A DNA stretch of 64,000 nt from a virus, in the IMG/VR virus record IMGVR_UViG_3300037264_001603, positions 13,321 through 77,320 of that record. One strand, given 5' to 3'. Both the position numbers and the translations under genes were made by a program. Positions 9,883 to 18,782 of this stretch are shown here, in pieces. The notes under the pieces were generated by a model. It was not told the DNA's origin and ran no database searches. It saw only the letters and a list, made by a program, of their open reading frames with translations. The first letter of the stretch is position 1; each line of letters opens with the position of its first letter.

Positions 9883-10640
9883 TGGCAGTAAAAATCACCA
9901 CGGAACTACTCGAACGCGAAAAAGAAGTTCGAGGGTTCATTGAAACCTACGCAGATCTATTCGATCTGGATCCTAACCTCATTCGGGGACTGATCACCCA
10001 AGAGTCTCGCTTTGTAGCGGAAGCTACCAGCCCAACTGGCTGTTTCGGTTACGGGCAGTTCTCCCATATTGGGGCTAAACAAGTTCAGAACATTGCGGCT
10101 ATGACCGATAAGGCAGCTGATCTGGTTTCCTTTACCAAGCAGAACGCGTCTGATCCCGACGACGGCATCAAGGCGGTCTGTGCAACCCTCTGGTGGCTCT
10201 TCAACAAGAAGTATCATCAGATTACGGATAAGAAGATACAACTGGAAGCAGTTCTCACCTTCTACAATGCAGGAGGCCGGCCAGCCGCTTTGGTAGTTCA
10301 GCACGGCGGTCACGAGAATGCGGTAGAGTTTATCAAGGCCCTGCCCAGGAATCTTCGCAGCCAAGGTGCCACCTACGCACCAGAAGTAGCCCAGTGGTTT
10401 ATCGCTTGGCATGAGCACATGTCCGCCGCGGCCGTCGCAGCCCGGCCCACTCCTGCAACTCCGGTCACGAGGCCCGTCAATCCGTTTGACGAGAGGACCC
10501 GTGGACTTGATGTGCGCTACAAGGCACTCATCGAAGCACTTCGTTTGATGGACGAGGGCGACGACACCGTGGACATGCTCATCAACGTGCGAGATGGACT
10601 TACTGAAGTAACAATTATCTTTCCCGGAGAATTAAACTAG
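9882..10640 (+). CDS. lytic transglycosylase (SLT domain)
   Basis: LITQESRF catalytic Glu, SPTGCFGYGQF, FYNAG. Confidence 0.8.
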   Translation: MAVKITTELLEREKEVRGFIETYADLFDLDPNLIRGLITQESRFVAEATSPTGCFGYGQFSHIGAKQVQNIAAMTDKAADLVSFTKQNASDPDDGIKAVCATLWWLFNKKYHQITDKKIQLEAVLTFYNAGGRPAALVVQHGGHENAVEFIKALPRNLRSQGATYAPEVAQWFIAWHEHMSAAAVAARPTPATPVTRPVNPFDERTRGLDVRYKALIEALRLMDEGDDTVDMLINVRDGLTEVTIIFPGELN

Positions 10641-10641
10641 T

Positions 10642-11415
10642 ATGATTGATGGGCAGGATACGGTGGTCAAGACTCCCGAACAAATAGAGAAGATGAGAAT
10701 TTCTGCGGCTTTACTTTCGCGATGCCTAGATATACTGGTGGGACTCGCGAAGCCAGGTAAGTCAGGAAAGGAACTAGACGCGGTTGCGGAGGAATTTATC
10801 CGCGACCACGGCGCAGTTCCAGCTTTCAAGGATTATGGGCCAGCAACCCACCCCTTTCCTTCTTCGATCTGCTTTTCCCGCAATAGTGTCGTGGTTCACG
10901 GCATTCCTACGGAAACGGAAATTATTGAAGAAGGAGATCTCATAACCATTGATTGCGGTTTGAGTTTGGATGGGTGGTTTGCAGATGCGGCCCGCTTGTT
11001 CGGTGTGGGTCAGATCACCGACGAGGACAGAGACATCATTGCGTGGAGTGAGAAGGCTATCGGCGCAGGAATTGACGCGTGTGTTGTGGGGAACAAACTG
11101 GGGGATGTATGTTACGCGATCCAATGCTCTATTGGTCGCAGCCCGTACTACAACATCACGCAATTCTGCGGTCATGCCATCGGGCAACGAATGCACGAGG
11201 ATCCGCAGGTTCCTAACTGCGGATTCAAGGGCAAAGGATTGGAGTTACAGCCAGGAATGGTTTTCTGTTTAGAGCCCATGCTCAAGAAAACCGACGTTAG
11301 TCTGGGGATTCTCCCCGACAAATGGACGATCGTAACTCGGGATGGCACCCGGGCAACACATATAGAACACATGGTCTTAGTTACCGAAACTAAGCCCGAA
11401 ATTCTCACTGCATAA
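10642..11415 (+). CDS. map: type I methionine aminopeptidase
   Basis: VVHGIP, IDCG..DGWFAD, GHAIG..MHEDP, CLEPM, HIEH metal ligands. Confidence 0.92.
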   Translation: MIDGQDTVVKTPEQIEKMRISAALLSRCLDILVGLAKPGKSGKELDAVAEEFIRDHGAVPAFKDYGPATHPFPSSICFSRNSVVVHGIPTETEIIEEGDLITIDCGLSLDGWFADAARLFGVGQITDEDRDIIAWSEKAIGAGIDACVVGNKLGDVCYAIQCSIGRSPYYNITQFCGHAIGQRMHEDPQVPNCGFKGKGLELQPGMVFCLEPMLKKTDVSLGILPDKWTIVTRDGTRATHIEHMVLVTETKPEILTA

Positions 11416-11436
11416 ACGCAGTTTCTGTCGTATAAT
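11408..11436 (+). promoter_or_regulatory. sigma70-like promoter for the csp gene
   Basis: CTGCAT-N17-TATAAT. Confidence 0.45.
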
Positions 11437-11493
11437 TCTCAAGTGCGGATAAGTGTCCGCGACGACAGCACAGAATTTCCTAGGAGTTATACA

Positions 11494-11718
11494 ATGGTTA
11501 ATGGAGTAGTAAAGTGGTTTGATGCTAAGAAGGGATACGGTTTCGTCGTTTCCCCTGAGGTTGATGGTGATGTATTTGTTCACTACACCAAGATCAAGAT
11601 GGAAGGCTTCAAGAAGCTGGAGACTGGCGAGAAGGTCTCCTTTGACCTCATTCGCACCCCCGCTGGGAAGCCTCAGGCAGATAACGTTGTTCGAAACGGA
11701 GTAGAAACACAAGACTAG
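11494..11718 (+). CDS. csp: cold-shock protein
   Basis: GVVKWFDAKKGYGFV (RNP1), DVFVHY (RNP2); AGGAG RBS. Confidence 0.92.
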   Translation: MVNGVVKWFDAKKGYGFVVSPEVDGDVFVHYTKIKMEGFKKLETGEKVSFDLIRTPAGKPQADNVVRNGVETQD

Positions 11719-11722
11719 GGAT

Positions 11723-11751
11723 TTGACAAAAAAGCCCAGATGTCTTATGAT
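11723..11751 (+). promoter_or_regulatory. sigma70-like promoter
   Basis: TTGACA-N17-TATGAT. Confidence 0.65.
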
Positions 11752-11772
11752 TGCTGTGGGAGGATTAAAACA

Positions 11773-12045
11773 GTGGGCAATACAACTTACGTGGATTTAG
11801 AGATCCTTGCCGATCTCGGAGACGAGTATTTGGTACGCGTAGGCAAGGACGGGTTGAATGCTCTGGTGGAGTTTGATGCTACCCTGGTTGTTCGCCATTG
11901 GGATGGGGAAAAGCCGGTGGTGCTTGAGCCGTATGGAGATACCGCGGTTCGTACCAGAGAAGATGCCAGAAGTACCAATAACTTGGAGAATTTGCCAAAC
12001 GTAGACGTGGACGAGCTACTCACGTGGCTCGTGACCCAGGAGTGA
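11773..12045 (+). CDS. hypothetical protein
   Basis: GAGGA then GTG downstream of the promoter; acidic 90 aa. Confidence 0.55.
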   Translation: MGNTTYVDLEILADLGDEYLVRVGKDGLNALVEFDATLVVRHWDGEKPVVLEPYGDTAVRTREDARSTNNLENLPNVDVDELLTWLVTQE

Positions 12046-12050
12046 TTCGA

Positions 12051-12154
12051 GTATTAGGTTCTCCCTCCAGGGTATGTGGGGAATCTTCCCCCGGGCCTTC
12101 AGTGCCCTACCCGACCGCGTCTGCGGATACAATGGCCTAAGAACCTAAAAATAC
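12051..12154 (+). ncRNA. candidate structured RNA (unclassified multi-stem element)
   Basis: 9-bp closing stem TTAGGTTCT/AGAACCTAA enclosing four internal stems. Confidence 0.4.
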
Positions 12155-12176
12155 ATTGTACGGAGGGAAATACACA

Positions 12177-12452
12177 ATGGGTGTACTAAAGCACGACGGA
12201 ACTGTAGTCAATCTTGACGCGCTTGATTCCGTGTTCGATACCAATGCCAATGGCTTTGGTCCTGAGACCACGAGCAACCCTGACATGGTAGCAGGCGTCA
12301 AGGCGAATATGGCAGGCATGCCTTGGACTGGTGGATACAGCCTACCTACGGGTAATCGCTCTTCCAGCACTGGGCTTCCGCATGTTAGCCTCGGTCGAAG
12401 TGGCAAGCTCCCAGCGGGCAACGCTACTCTGGCTGGCGTAACGACTCGATAA
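12177..12452 (+). CDS. hypothetical protein
   Basis: GGAGG RBS, ATG 12177; G/T/N-rich. Confidence 0.6.
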   Translation: MGVLKHDGTVVNLDALDSVFDTNANGFGPETTSNPDMVAGVKANMAGMPWTGGYSLPTGNRSSSTGLPHVSLGRSGKLPAGNATLAGVTTR

Positions 12453-12509
12453 GCGCAGTCAACTTCATTACGGCTGGCCAAGGGCAATCCTTGGCCCGCC
12501 CCAAGATGC

Positions 12510-12541
12510 GGGTGTCCCCCCAAAGGGGGGCATCCTTTCTT
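12510..12541 (+). terminator. intrinsic terminator-like hairpin
   Basis: GGGTGTCCCCC-CAAA-GGGGGGCATCC followed by TTTCTT. Confidence 0.5.
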
Positions 12542-12581
12542 ACATCGTCCGAGGATTTGAATCCTACAGGAGGTGTATTCT

Positions 12582-12782
12582 ATGGAAGATCTAGTACTAG
12601 GCGCGCTTGGACTAGTCTCCGGTGCAATTCACTGGGGCCTTTCTAACGCACTACCCCTAGCAGTCGGTGCAGTACTTGGTGGCCCTCTCGGTCACGCCGC
12701 TCTTGGAATGGTTGGCGACGTCCTTAGCAGAACTAAGGAAGTAGTTGACTCCATCGGCTCTGCCATTTCTGGCAAGAAGTAG
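12582..12782 (+). CDS. small Gly-rich hydrophobic protein (glycine-zipper-like)
   Basis: AGGAGGT RBS; GxxxG repeats. Confidence 0.55.
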   Translation: MEDLVLGALGLVSGAIHWGLSNALPLAVGAVLGGPLGHAALGMVGDVLSRTKEVVDSIGSAISGKK

Positions 12783-12842
12783 TTCACCAGTATTTGGAAA
12801 GGGGCCTGGTACTACCAGTCTCCTTTCTCCAGAGGTTTTCTA

Positions 12843-13283
12843 ATGAAAATGAGCTTTGCCAATTTGAACAAAGATGGGCTCCATGGAGCTACTGTAGACG
12901 GAAACACGCTATTTTTTCAGTGTGTGAAGCCTTTGATTATCCAGCCTGCGGAAATCCAAAAAGTTCATGTTGGAATAGAACTTAGAATTCCCGAAGGATT
13001 TGTTCTCAATGTCAGTACTCACCCCAAGCTTGCAGATAAAGCAGGGGAGGTCTTTCCGGCCCTTACAGCTGTAGATCATACCCATGTGGGTGAAGTAGTG
13101 ATTCCAGTGCGCAACAACGGGCGCAATCCTTTGAGCCTAATGGTTGGAATGGTATTCGCACGTGGACATTTGGTTCGCGTCGAGGAGCTAGAATTCACGG
13201 AGGAAGCCCCGACGGTGGTTCCTACCGACCTACCTCGCACCCAACCGCAACGGAAGAATCCGTTCAACTTTGAGGTAAAGTAA
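12843..13283 (+). CDS. degenerate dUTPase-like paralogue
   Basis: Fold remnants ([27 protein letters not shown]) but catalytic motifs II, III and V altered or lost. Confidence 0.7.
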   Translation: MKMSFANLNKDGLHGATVDGNTLFFQCVKPLIIQPAEIQKVHVGIELRIPEGFVLNVSTHPKLADKAGEVFPALTAVDHTHVGEVVIPVRNNGRNPLSLMVGMVFARGHLVRVEELEFTEEAPTVVPTDLPRTQPQRKNPFNFEVK

Positions 13284-13714
13284 TGAAGTTCGTTTTGAAG
13301 CGTCTTCACGAAGATGCAATTGTTCCGACTTATCAAACCCCCGGATCAGCTGGTGCAGACCTCTGCTCCGTAGAGGATGTTGAGATTCCTGAGGGACAAA
13401 CCCGGGTGGTAAGTACTGGACTTGCTATAGAAATTCCTGCTGGATTCGAGATACAGATTCGTCCCCGAAGCGGCTTGGCGGCCAAGCACTCGGTCACTGT
13501 TCTCAATACACCAGGGACCATCGACAGCGACTATCGAGGTGAGGTAAAAGTCATCCTCATCAACCACGGAACCCGGCCTTTTGCAATTACCAAGGGTGAT
13601 AGAATCGCACAGATGGTTATTGGCCGCGTATTTCAAGCGGGCTTCGAAGAGGCCCTCGAACTGAATCAGACCCTCCGCGGCGCGGGGGGTTTCGGTTCCA
13701 CAGGAAGGAATTAG
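13283..13714 (+). CDS. dut: trimeric dUTPase
   Basis: [38 protein letters not shown]. Confidence 0.95.
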   Translation: MKFVLKRLHEDAIVPTYQTPGSAGADLCSVEDVEIPEGQTRVVSTGLAIEIPAGFEIQIRPRSGLAAKHSVTVLNTPGTIDSDYRGEVKVILINHGTRPFAITKGDRIAQMVIGRVFQAGFEEALELNQTLRGAGGFGSTGRN

Positions 13715-13715
13715 C

Positions 13716-13952
13716 ATGGAAGCTCAGTTACCTATTAACGTTGGTTGTGAAGTTCAAGTTGCAGCTCAAGATGGTATCGCTACCGTAACCGTGCCCCCGG
13801 AATTACGTCTCACGGAAAGGCTAGTCACCTTCTTGAATGCTGCTTTACAGGCTCGTGATCTCACCCTTAAGCATTGGACTATTACCACCCCCGAACAGGA
13901 AAAGGAATTGGAGAGCCTACCCAATGTCAAGATGGAGCAAACCAAAGAATAA
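13716..13952 (+). CDS. hypothetical protein
   Basis: 78-aa ORF in the operon run. Confidence 0.5.
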   Translation: MEAQLPINVGCEVQVAAQDGIATVTVPPELRLTERLVTFLNAALQARDLTLKHWTITTPEQEKELESLPNVKMEQTKE

Positions 13953-14769
13953 TGAGATCGATTTGGTACTTTCGTCTTCCGGAGTACGCGTTCCTTGTTT
14001 TATTGGAGGGTTAACTGCCCTCGAAGAACGAGGATACAAGATTCACAGAATTGCCGGCAGTTCCGGAGGGGCCATAATCGCTGCAGCATACGCACTCGGC
14101 ATGACCACTGCTGAGATGAGGGAACTTTCACTCGAAATTCCCTATCAAAGCTTCCGGGACTTCAAACTTCGAAACCTCCTGAGCCTGAGCAACCCTAGTG
14201 TTTATACAGGGCAGGAACTAGACGCCTACTATCAACAAATTTTCGGCGATGCTCTAATGCGGGACATGAAACTCGACTGCCGAATTTCAGTCGTTACAAT
14301 CATCGGCCGCAAACGCATCCTTATCGATCGAGAGTCTCACCCAGACCTTCCCGTTTGGAAGGCAGTGAGAATGTCCTCGACTATCCCCTTCATTTTCCCT
14401 TGGTGCGATTTGGACGGGCAGCCCGTCACTGATGGTGGCCTCGTCACCGGCATAAACGATATCTTTCCTAATAACCCGCGACCAGTAATCTGTTTGCGGC
14501 CCAGAGCAGATCACGTCCTGAAAAAGGCTATCCAGGATGTCAAGGCCTCCAAGTTGTTCATTTGGAATTACCTCAAGATCATTGCCGAGTACTTCTTGGA
14601 TGCGGTAGATAATCAACACGTACCAGAGGTTGAATGGAACCGCACCATTGTCATTCCGACCTTCGACATTGGTGGTTTCAACTTTGACATTACCCCGGAA
14701 GAGGTAAAGCAACTCATCCAGTACGGGTACAATGCCGTCATGACATCAGAGCTGTCCTTGTCTAAATAG
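13924..14769 (+). CDS. patatin-like phospholipase
   Basis: LVLSSSGVR oxyanion loop, GSSGG nucleophile, VRMSSTIPFIF, DGG. Confidence 0.85.
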   Translation: MSRWSKPKNNEIDLVLSSSGVRVPCFIGGLTALEERGYKIHRIAGSSGGAIIAAAYALGMTTAEMRELSLEIPYQSFRDFKLRNLLSLSNPSVYTGQELDAYYQQIFGDALMRDMKLDCRISVVTIIGRKRILIDRESHPDLPVWKAVRMSSTIPFIFPWCDLDGQPVTDGGLVTGINDIFPNNPRPVICLRPRADHVLKKAIQDVKASKLFIWNYLKIIAEYFLDAVDNQHVPEVEWNRTIVIPTFDIGGFNFDITPEEVKQLIQYGYNAVMTSELSLSK

Positions 14770-14816
14770 GGTGACTCCTCGCTAGGAGTGTACCCTCTTA
14801 TCATTTGGAGAAAATT

Positions 14817-15092
14817 ATGCCCGTAGTCATTACTGATTTCACCAATCGTGTTTGGGCGGTAGAACAGCCCAACGATGGATCTCTACATGTTGGCTTCACT
14901 GGTAAACCAGGCCCCCGGCTAACGGACGTCCTGGATTTCATTGAAACCCGCAGCAAGCAGTTTGAGAAGTTCGTTCAGAAACGCAAGATAGAGGAGTTCA
15001 AGGATGCCCAAAAGAGACGAGGTGCGGTACTTAGCCCAGCAGCTGGGAACGTACAGCATGCGCGTGGAAGGGACACCAGCACTCCTTCGTAA
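14817..15092 (+). CDS. hypothetical protein
   Basis: GGAG RBS, ATG 14817. Confidence 0.5.
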   Translation: MPVVITDFTNRVWAVEQPNDGSLHVGFTGKPGPRLTDVLDFIETRSKQFEKFVQKRKIEEFKDAQKRRGAVLSPAAGNVQHARGRDTSTPS

Positions 15093-15270
15093 GGAGTTGG
15101 TACTTCCAGAAGAGATAGCCGTCGGGGACAGAGTGAAACTATTCTCTCTCCCTGATGGAAAGCAATTTGTTTCCAAGGTAGACATCGACAGCTCCGAGGG
15201 TTTGGTTATTCGGAGAATCACTGCCGCACATATCTACTTTGATGGAGAAATCTCAATACAGGAGGCCTAA
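15058..15270 (+). CDS. hypothetical protein
   Basis: Short beta-rich ORF filling the gap before the next RBS. Confidence 0.45.
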   Translation: MRVEGTPALLRKELVLPEEIAVGDRVKLFSLPDGKQFVSKVDIDSSEGLVIRRITAAHIYFDGEISIQEA

Positions 15271-15272
15271 CC

Positions 15273-15707
15273 ATGTTCGGTAAAATCAAGAATTTCTTCA
15301 AGAAGGCCTGGGAGTGGGCAGAGGCCCTTTGGGAAAAGCACGACGAGATGATGGAAGATATGGTTACCGCCGTTCTTCCTATGGTTATCGACGTGGCATT
15401 CCGAACGGATCTCAACGGAGATCAGAAGAAGAAGGCTATTGTGGATGCCATCATCGACAATGCTCACCTTTCTGCGGCTAATGTCTCTCACTCCCTTCTC
15501 AATGAGGCGGTCGAGGTTGCCGCGGCCAAGTACAACATTCAGATTGGCAAGTTGACCCTTGACAAGATGGAGGCGTCTCGTCAAGCTGCCCTTCAAGCTG
15601 CTCGGGACTTTGCTAACAAGAAGCTCCAGATTAGCGGAAAAGAAGCAGAGGCCGCGGGCGTAAACGCAGCGGTTGTTCTAACCAATGCAGATGTGGATTC
15701 GAACTAA
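15273..15707 (+). CDS. hypothetical protein, LL-H-holin-like C-terminal pattern
   Basis: AGGAGG RBS; amphipathic N-terminus, G.QKKKAIV...LLNEAVEVAA. Confidence 0.45.
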   Translation: MFGKIKNFFKKAWEWAEALWEKHDEMMEDMVTAVLPMVIDVAFRTDLNGDQKKKAIVDAIIDNAHLSAANVSHSLLNEAVEVAAAKYNIQIGKLTLDKMEASRQAALQAARDFANKKLQISGKEAEAAGVNAAVVLTNADVDSN

Positions 15708-16419
15708 AGCCTTTTTCAAAGAGCTTTGGAGGAGGTTGCTTTTGATTGATTGGGTTTCGGCCGCTTTAGCTATTCTCAAGGCTGCCAAAAGGGAAGATCT
15801 CCGGGTCGAAGACAAGTACATTGTCATTCGACCGCGGCTTCTCAGCGATGAGAACTACTTGAGAGGTGTCTCCGTCCTGCGTGGAGTACTAACTCTCATC
15901 CCTCCGGCAGCCATTGCCGCCCCAATCCTTGGTTTAGGAGCCGTTGGCTTCAACATCTGGAAGCGTATAGCCCTCAGTGCCGAGTATGATCGTTTAGAGT
16001 ATCCGCCAATTGACCCCAACATGCTACGACTATCCATCGAAATGGACACAGAACTAAAGAAGCATTACGGGCATTGGATACTTGAACACAACTGGGACAC
16101 AGGTGCTATCGCAGATCTGGAGAAGGTCTACAATGACTTCCAGTTCATGACGGACGGGAAGATGCTCCAAGCCAAGTATCCTCATGTATCCGACGACTAC
16201 ATTATGGGCAGAGTGATGCTCAACAAGCACAACCTGCAGAAGAATTTGGAACAGATCGAACAAGGGCTATTGAAGGTTTCCCAGAAACCAGAAATCAGCC
16301 ACAACATCAGGGAGGCCTTTGAAACGATCAAAGAGCTGTTCCCGGTGATGAACGACTGGTCCCTATTCAACTCGGAAGGGTTTGACGATATAGTCGAGGT
16401 ATTGGATACCATTTTCTAA
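15691..16419 (+). CDS. hypothetical membrane-associated protein
   Basis: Hydrophobic segment LIPPAAIAAPILGLGAVGF. Confidence 0.55.
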   Translation: MWIRTKAFFKELWRRLLLIDWVSAALAILKAAKREDLRVEDKYIVIRPRLLSDENYLRGVSVLRGVLTLIPPAAIAAPILGLGAVGFNIWKRIALSAEYDRLEYPPIDPNMLRLSIEMDTELKKHYGHWILEHNWDTGAIADLEKVYNDFQFMTDGKMLQAKYPHVSDDYIMGRVMLNKHNLQKNLEQIEQGLLKVSQKPEISHNIREAFETIKELFPVMNDWSLFNSEGFDDIVEVLDTIF

Positions 16420-16430
16420 AAAGGATCATT

Positions 16431-17060
16431 ATGCGCATTTCAAGATGGTTTCTGTCTTTAGGATTACTTCTGGTAGTGGCTTGTCAGACCGTAGCCCCCA
16501 CCCCTTTTCTGATTGGGAGAATGACCGACCTCAACGATGAGGTAGTCCAACTCTACGTCAATTGTTCAGAGGGTGCCAACTACGTCCCTGCCAAGGAGGG
16601 TTGTGATTCCCCACTGTTGAGTACCAAGGTAGATGAGTTGATGACTCTCTCCGTGGATTTCATCAGTGCGGACATCAAGCAGCCCCAAGGGTACGACATT
16701 TATCTGGCCACTGCCATGATCTTCTTCCGCATTGGTGAACGGAACCTAAACGAATACACCAAGGCGGAGCAAATCGCACGCCAGTTTTTTGAGGTACAGA
16801 AGGCCCACTCAAGCCGTTCAATAGACGAAGCACGTTTTTACTGGGCCTGGTATGCAGCAGCAACTGCAGCCAAGCAGTATTTTGACGATCCTTTGTCTTT
16901 GACCGAGGCACGAAAGGCAGATCTTCTTTTAGCCCTGGGGGAAGGAACCAGCATTTTACCTTCAGTGACGGGCCCAAGATTGGTCCGACTACATTCTGCC
17001 CTAGATACTCTCCGATTTGTCATTGCCTTCATTGACGCCCTGACGACACAACCACAATAG
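16431..17060 (+). CDS. putative lipoprotein
   Basis: Signal peptide MRISRWFLSLGLLLVVA-C with lipobox. Confidence 0.65.
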   Translation: MRISRWFLSLGLLLVVACQTVAPTPFLIGRMTDLNDEVVQLYVNCSEGANYVPAKEGCDSPLLSTKVDELMTLSVDFISADIKQPQGYDIYLATAMIFFRIGERNLNEYTKAEQIARQFFEVQKAHSSRSIDEARFYWAWYAAATAAKQYFDDPLSLTEARKADLLLALGEGTSILPSVTGPRLVRLHSALDTLRFVIAFIDALTTQPQ

Positions 17061-17090
17061 CGCAACGTATTTCTGCGCCGAGGAGGCGCG

Positions 17091-17252
17091 ATGATACGTA
17101 TCACCGACCATGTCGTAATGGATTGGGGGGTGGTAATTTGGGAACAAGGTGGGGAAACGTTTGAACAGATCGAGGCCTTTTTATTCAGTGGCTTAATCAT
17201 GCGACTAGACCCAGCGGATTTCTTTAGCATAACGGATGACGAAGCATGGTAA
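17091..17252 (+). CDS. small hypothetical protein (53 aa, below the ORF-track cutoff)
   Basis: AGGAGG RBS; MIRITDHVVMDW...DDEAW*. Confidence 0.5.
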   Translation: MIRITDHVVMDWGVVIWEQGGETFEQIEAFLFSGLIMRLDPADFFSITDDEAW

Positions 17253-17467
17253 TAAACCGACCAATCAAAATGATACAGAACTTCGCCAAGACCGACTGTG
17301 TTCACTACGACGTAAGGGACGTGCCTAGCTGTTGTGGGCGCACCCATAAGGCCGGTGCTTGCTACATCAATTGGAAAGGCAACACTGGCGCGAAAACTTG
17401 TAGCACCCATATGAAGTGGTGCAAATACGAACAGGATCCTGCAAAGGGACCGGCGAAGGAGCAATAA
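17246..17467 (+). CDS. small Cys-rich protein
   Basis: 6 Cys plus His in 73 aa. Confidence 0.5.
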   Translation: MVINRPIKMIQNFAKTDCVHYDVRDVPSCCGRTHKAGACYINWKGNTGAKTCSTHMKWCKYEQDPAKGPAKEQ

Positions 17468-17469
17468 CC

Positions 17470-17553
17470 ATGTTCATCCTACGTAACTATCAGGTTTTGA
17501 CCGGTGGCACTGCCACGGTACGCAAGGTTGGAACTGCGCCTGGAACTAACTAA
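17470..17553 (+). CDS. 27-aa micro-ORF
   Basis: AAGGAG RBS, MFILRNYQVLTGGTATVRKVGTAPGTN*, TAATG-coupled to the next gene. Confidence 0.4.
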   Translation: MFILRNYQVLTGGTATVRKVGTAPGTN

Positions 17554-17927
17554 TGGCGCAACTCTCCATTCGATGCCCGAGTTCGACCGCGGGAGGTTCA
17601 ACCTCACTCACTACGGGTGTTGATGTTCAGCGGTTAGTCTTGGTCAGGACTGGGAGTCAGGTCCCGGAAAACACCGTGATCGACATTACCAATCCCGGTT
17701 CTGGCTGGGTAACTTTTGGAGACTCTATTACTCTTTCAGGATCGGCGGAATTAACGGAGCTTACCCAGGTTTACCGGAACGGAGTCATTCAATTGACCGC
17801 CGCATCCGCAAGCGATAACAACGATGTATACTTTGTCGCAGCGAGCGGAAGTATTGCATTCGAGTACAAGCTACACACCAACGACGTCGTTCAAGTATGG
17901 AAATTCAACCCCACCGCAAGTGGGTAG
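17553..17927 (+). CDS. virion beta-domain protein (paralogue of the next gene's C-terminus)
   Basis: VYRNGVIQ..NNDVY..IAFEYK..NDVVQ motif. Confidence 0.6.
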   Translation: MAQLSIRCPSSTAGGSTSLTTGVDVQRLVLVRTGSQVPENTVIDITNPGSGWVTFGDSITLSGSAELTELTQVYRNGVIQLTAASASDNNDVYFVAASGSIAFEYKLHTNDVVQVWKFNPTASG

Positions 17928-17985
17928 TATTCGGCTTTACCCTTTTTTACCGTAAGCAAATCCCAAAAAAGGAGGTTAAGCCCTA

Positions 17986-18726
17986 ATGAGTCCACGAACA
18001 CTAACGCTTCAAAACCAGATTCGTTCGACTACTTCGGGTATTGAATACGATGATACTCTGTCACTTCCATTGGCAGAAACTCTCGTAAATCTGGCGTTCA
18101 TTACCGACACCAGCCAAGTAACCGGAACTCTGGTTATGGACTTGAACTTCCTTCGAACTGCCGTTCGAGATATCAAGGGAGAGACTGCCTTCTACAACTG
18201 GTATGATGAGTCCAGCACGCTAACTACGTCTGGATTGATGTCTCTATCCGAAGCACGTCGCGAGATCAACAACCTACAGGATTTCGTTGGTTCCAATGGC
18301 GATGGCGACGCTACCCCGGATTACACCAGCACTTGTTTCATTGCGCAGAACGACCCCCTTGAAACTGCAATTAGTACCTTGGATGCCCAGCTTTGTATTG
18401 CAACTGGCACCATTTCACAGTCGAACGAAATTCAGAAGAGAGTTCTTATTCGCACAGGCGGACAGATTCTTGAGAACACTTCGATCAACATCAGCACCCC
18501 CGGTGCTGGCTGGACCGTATACGGTGATGACGTTCAGATCACCACTTCCGGTACCTTTGTGGAGTCCACCTCGGTGTACACCAACGGTGTTCTACAGCTT
18601 ACTGCCCCTGATGGCGCGGCAAACAATGACGTTTACTGGGTCTCTACTCCGTACACGATTGCTTTCGAGTACAAGATTAGAACCAATGACGTTATTCAGA
18701 TTTACAAGTTCCCGTCTATTCCGTAA
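17986..18726 (+). CDS. virion structural protein
   Basis: AGGAGG RBS; coiled segment LETAISTLDAQL plus the same C-terminal beta domain. Confidence 0.6.
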   Translation: MSPRTLTLQNQIRSTTSGIEYDDTLSLPLAETLVNLAFITDTSQVTGTLVMDLNFLRTAVRDIKGETAFYNWYDESSTLTTSGLMSLSEARREINNLQDFVGSNGDGDATPDYTSTCFIAQNDPLETAISTLDAQLCIATGTISQSNEIQKRVLIRTGGQILENTSINISTPGAGWTVYGDDVQITTSGTFVESTSVYTNGVLQLTAPDGAANNDVYWVSTPYTIAFEYKIRTNDVIQIYKFPSIP

Positions 18727-18782
18727 ATCTTTGTAAGGCGAAGGGTACATCCCTTCGTCTTACCCAGTAAAGGAGGAAACCC

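Noticed and set aside
12070-12140. HDV-like (theta) ribozyme reading of the structured RNA
   Set aside because: A P2-like pairing and a CAA junction exist, but no P3/P1.1 could be built.
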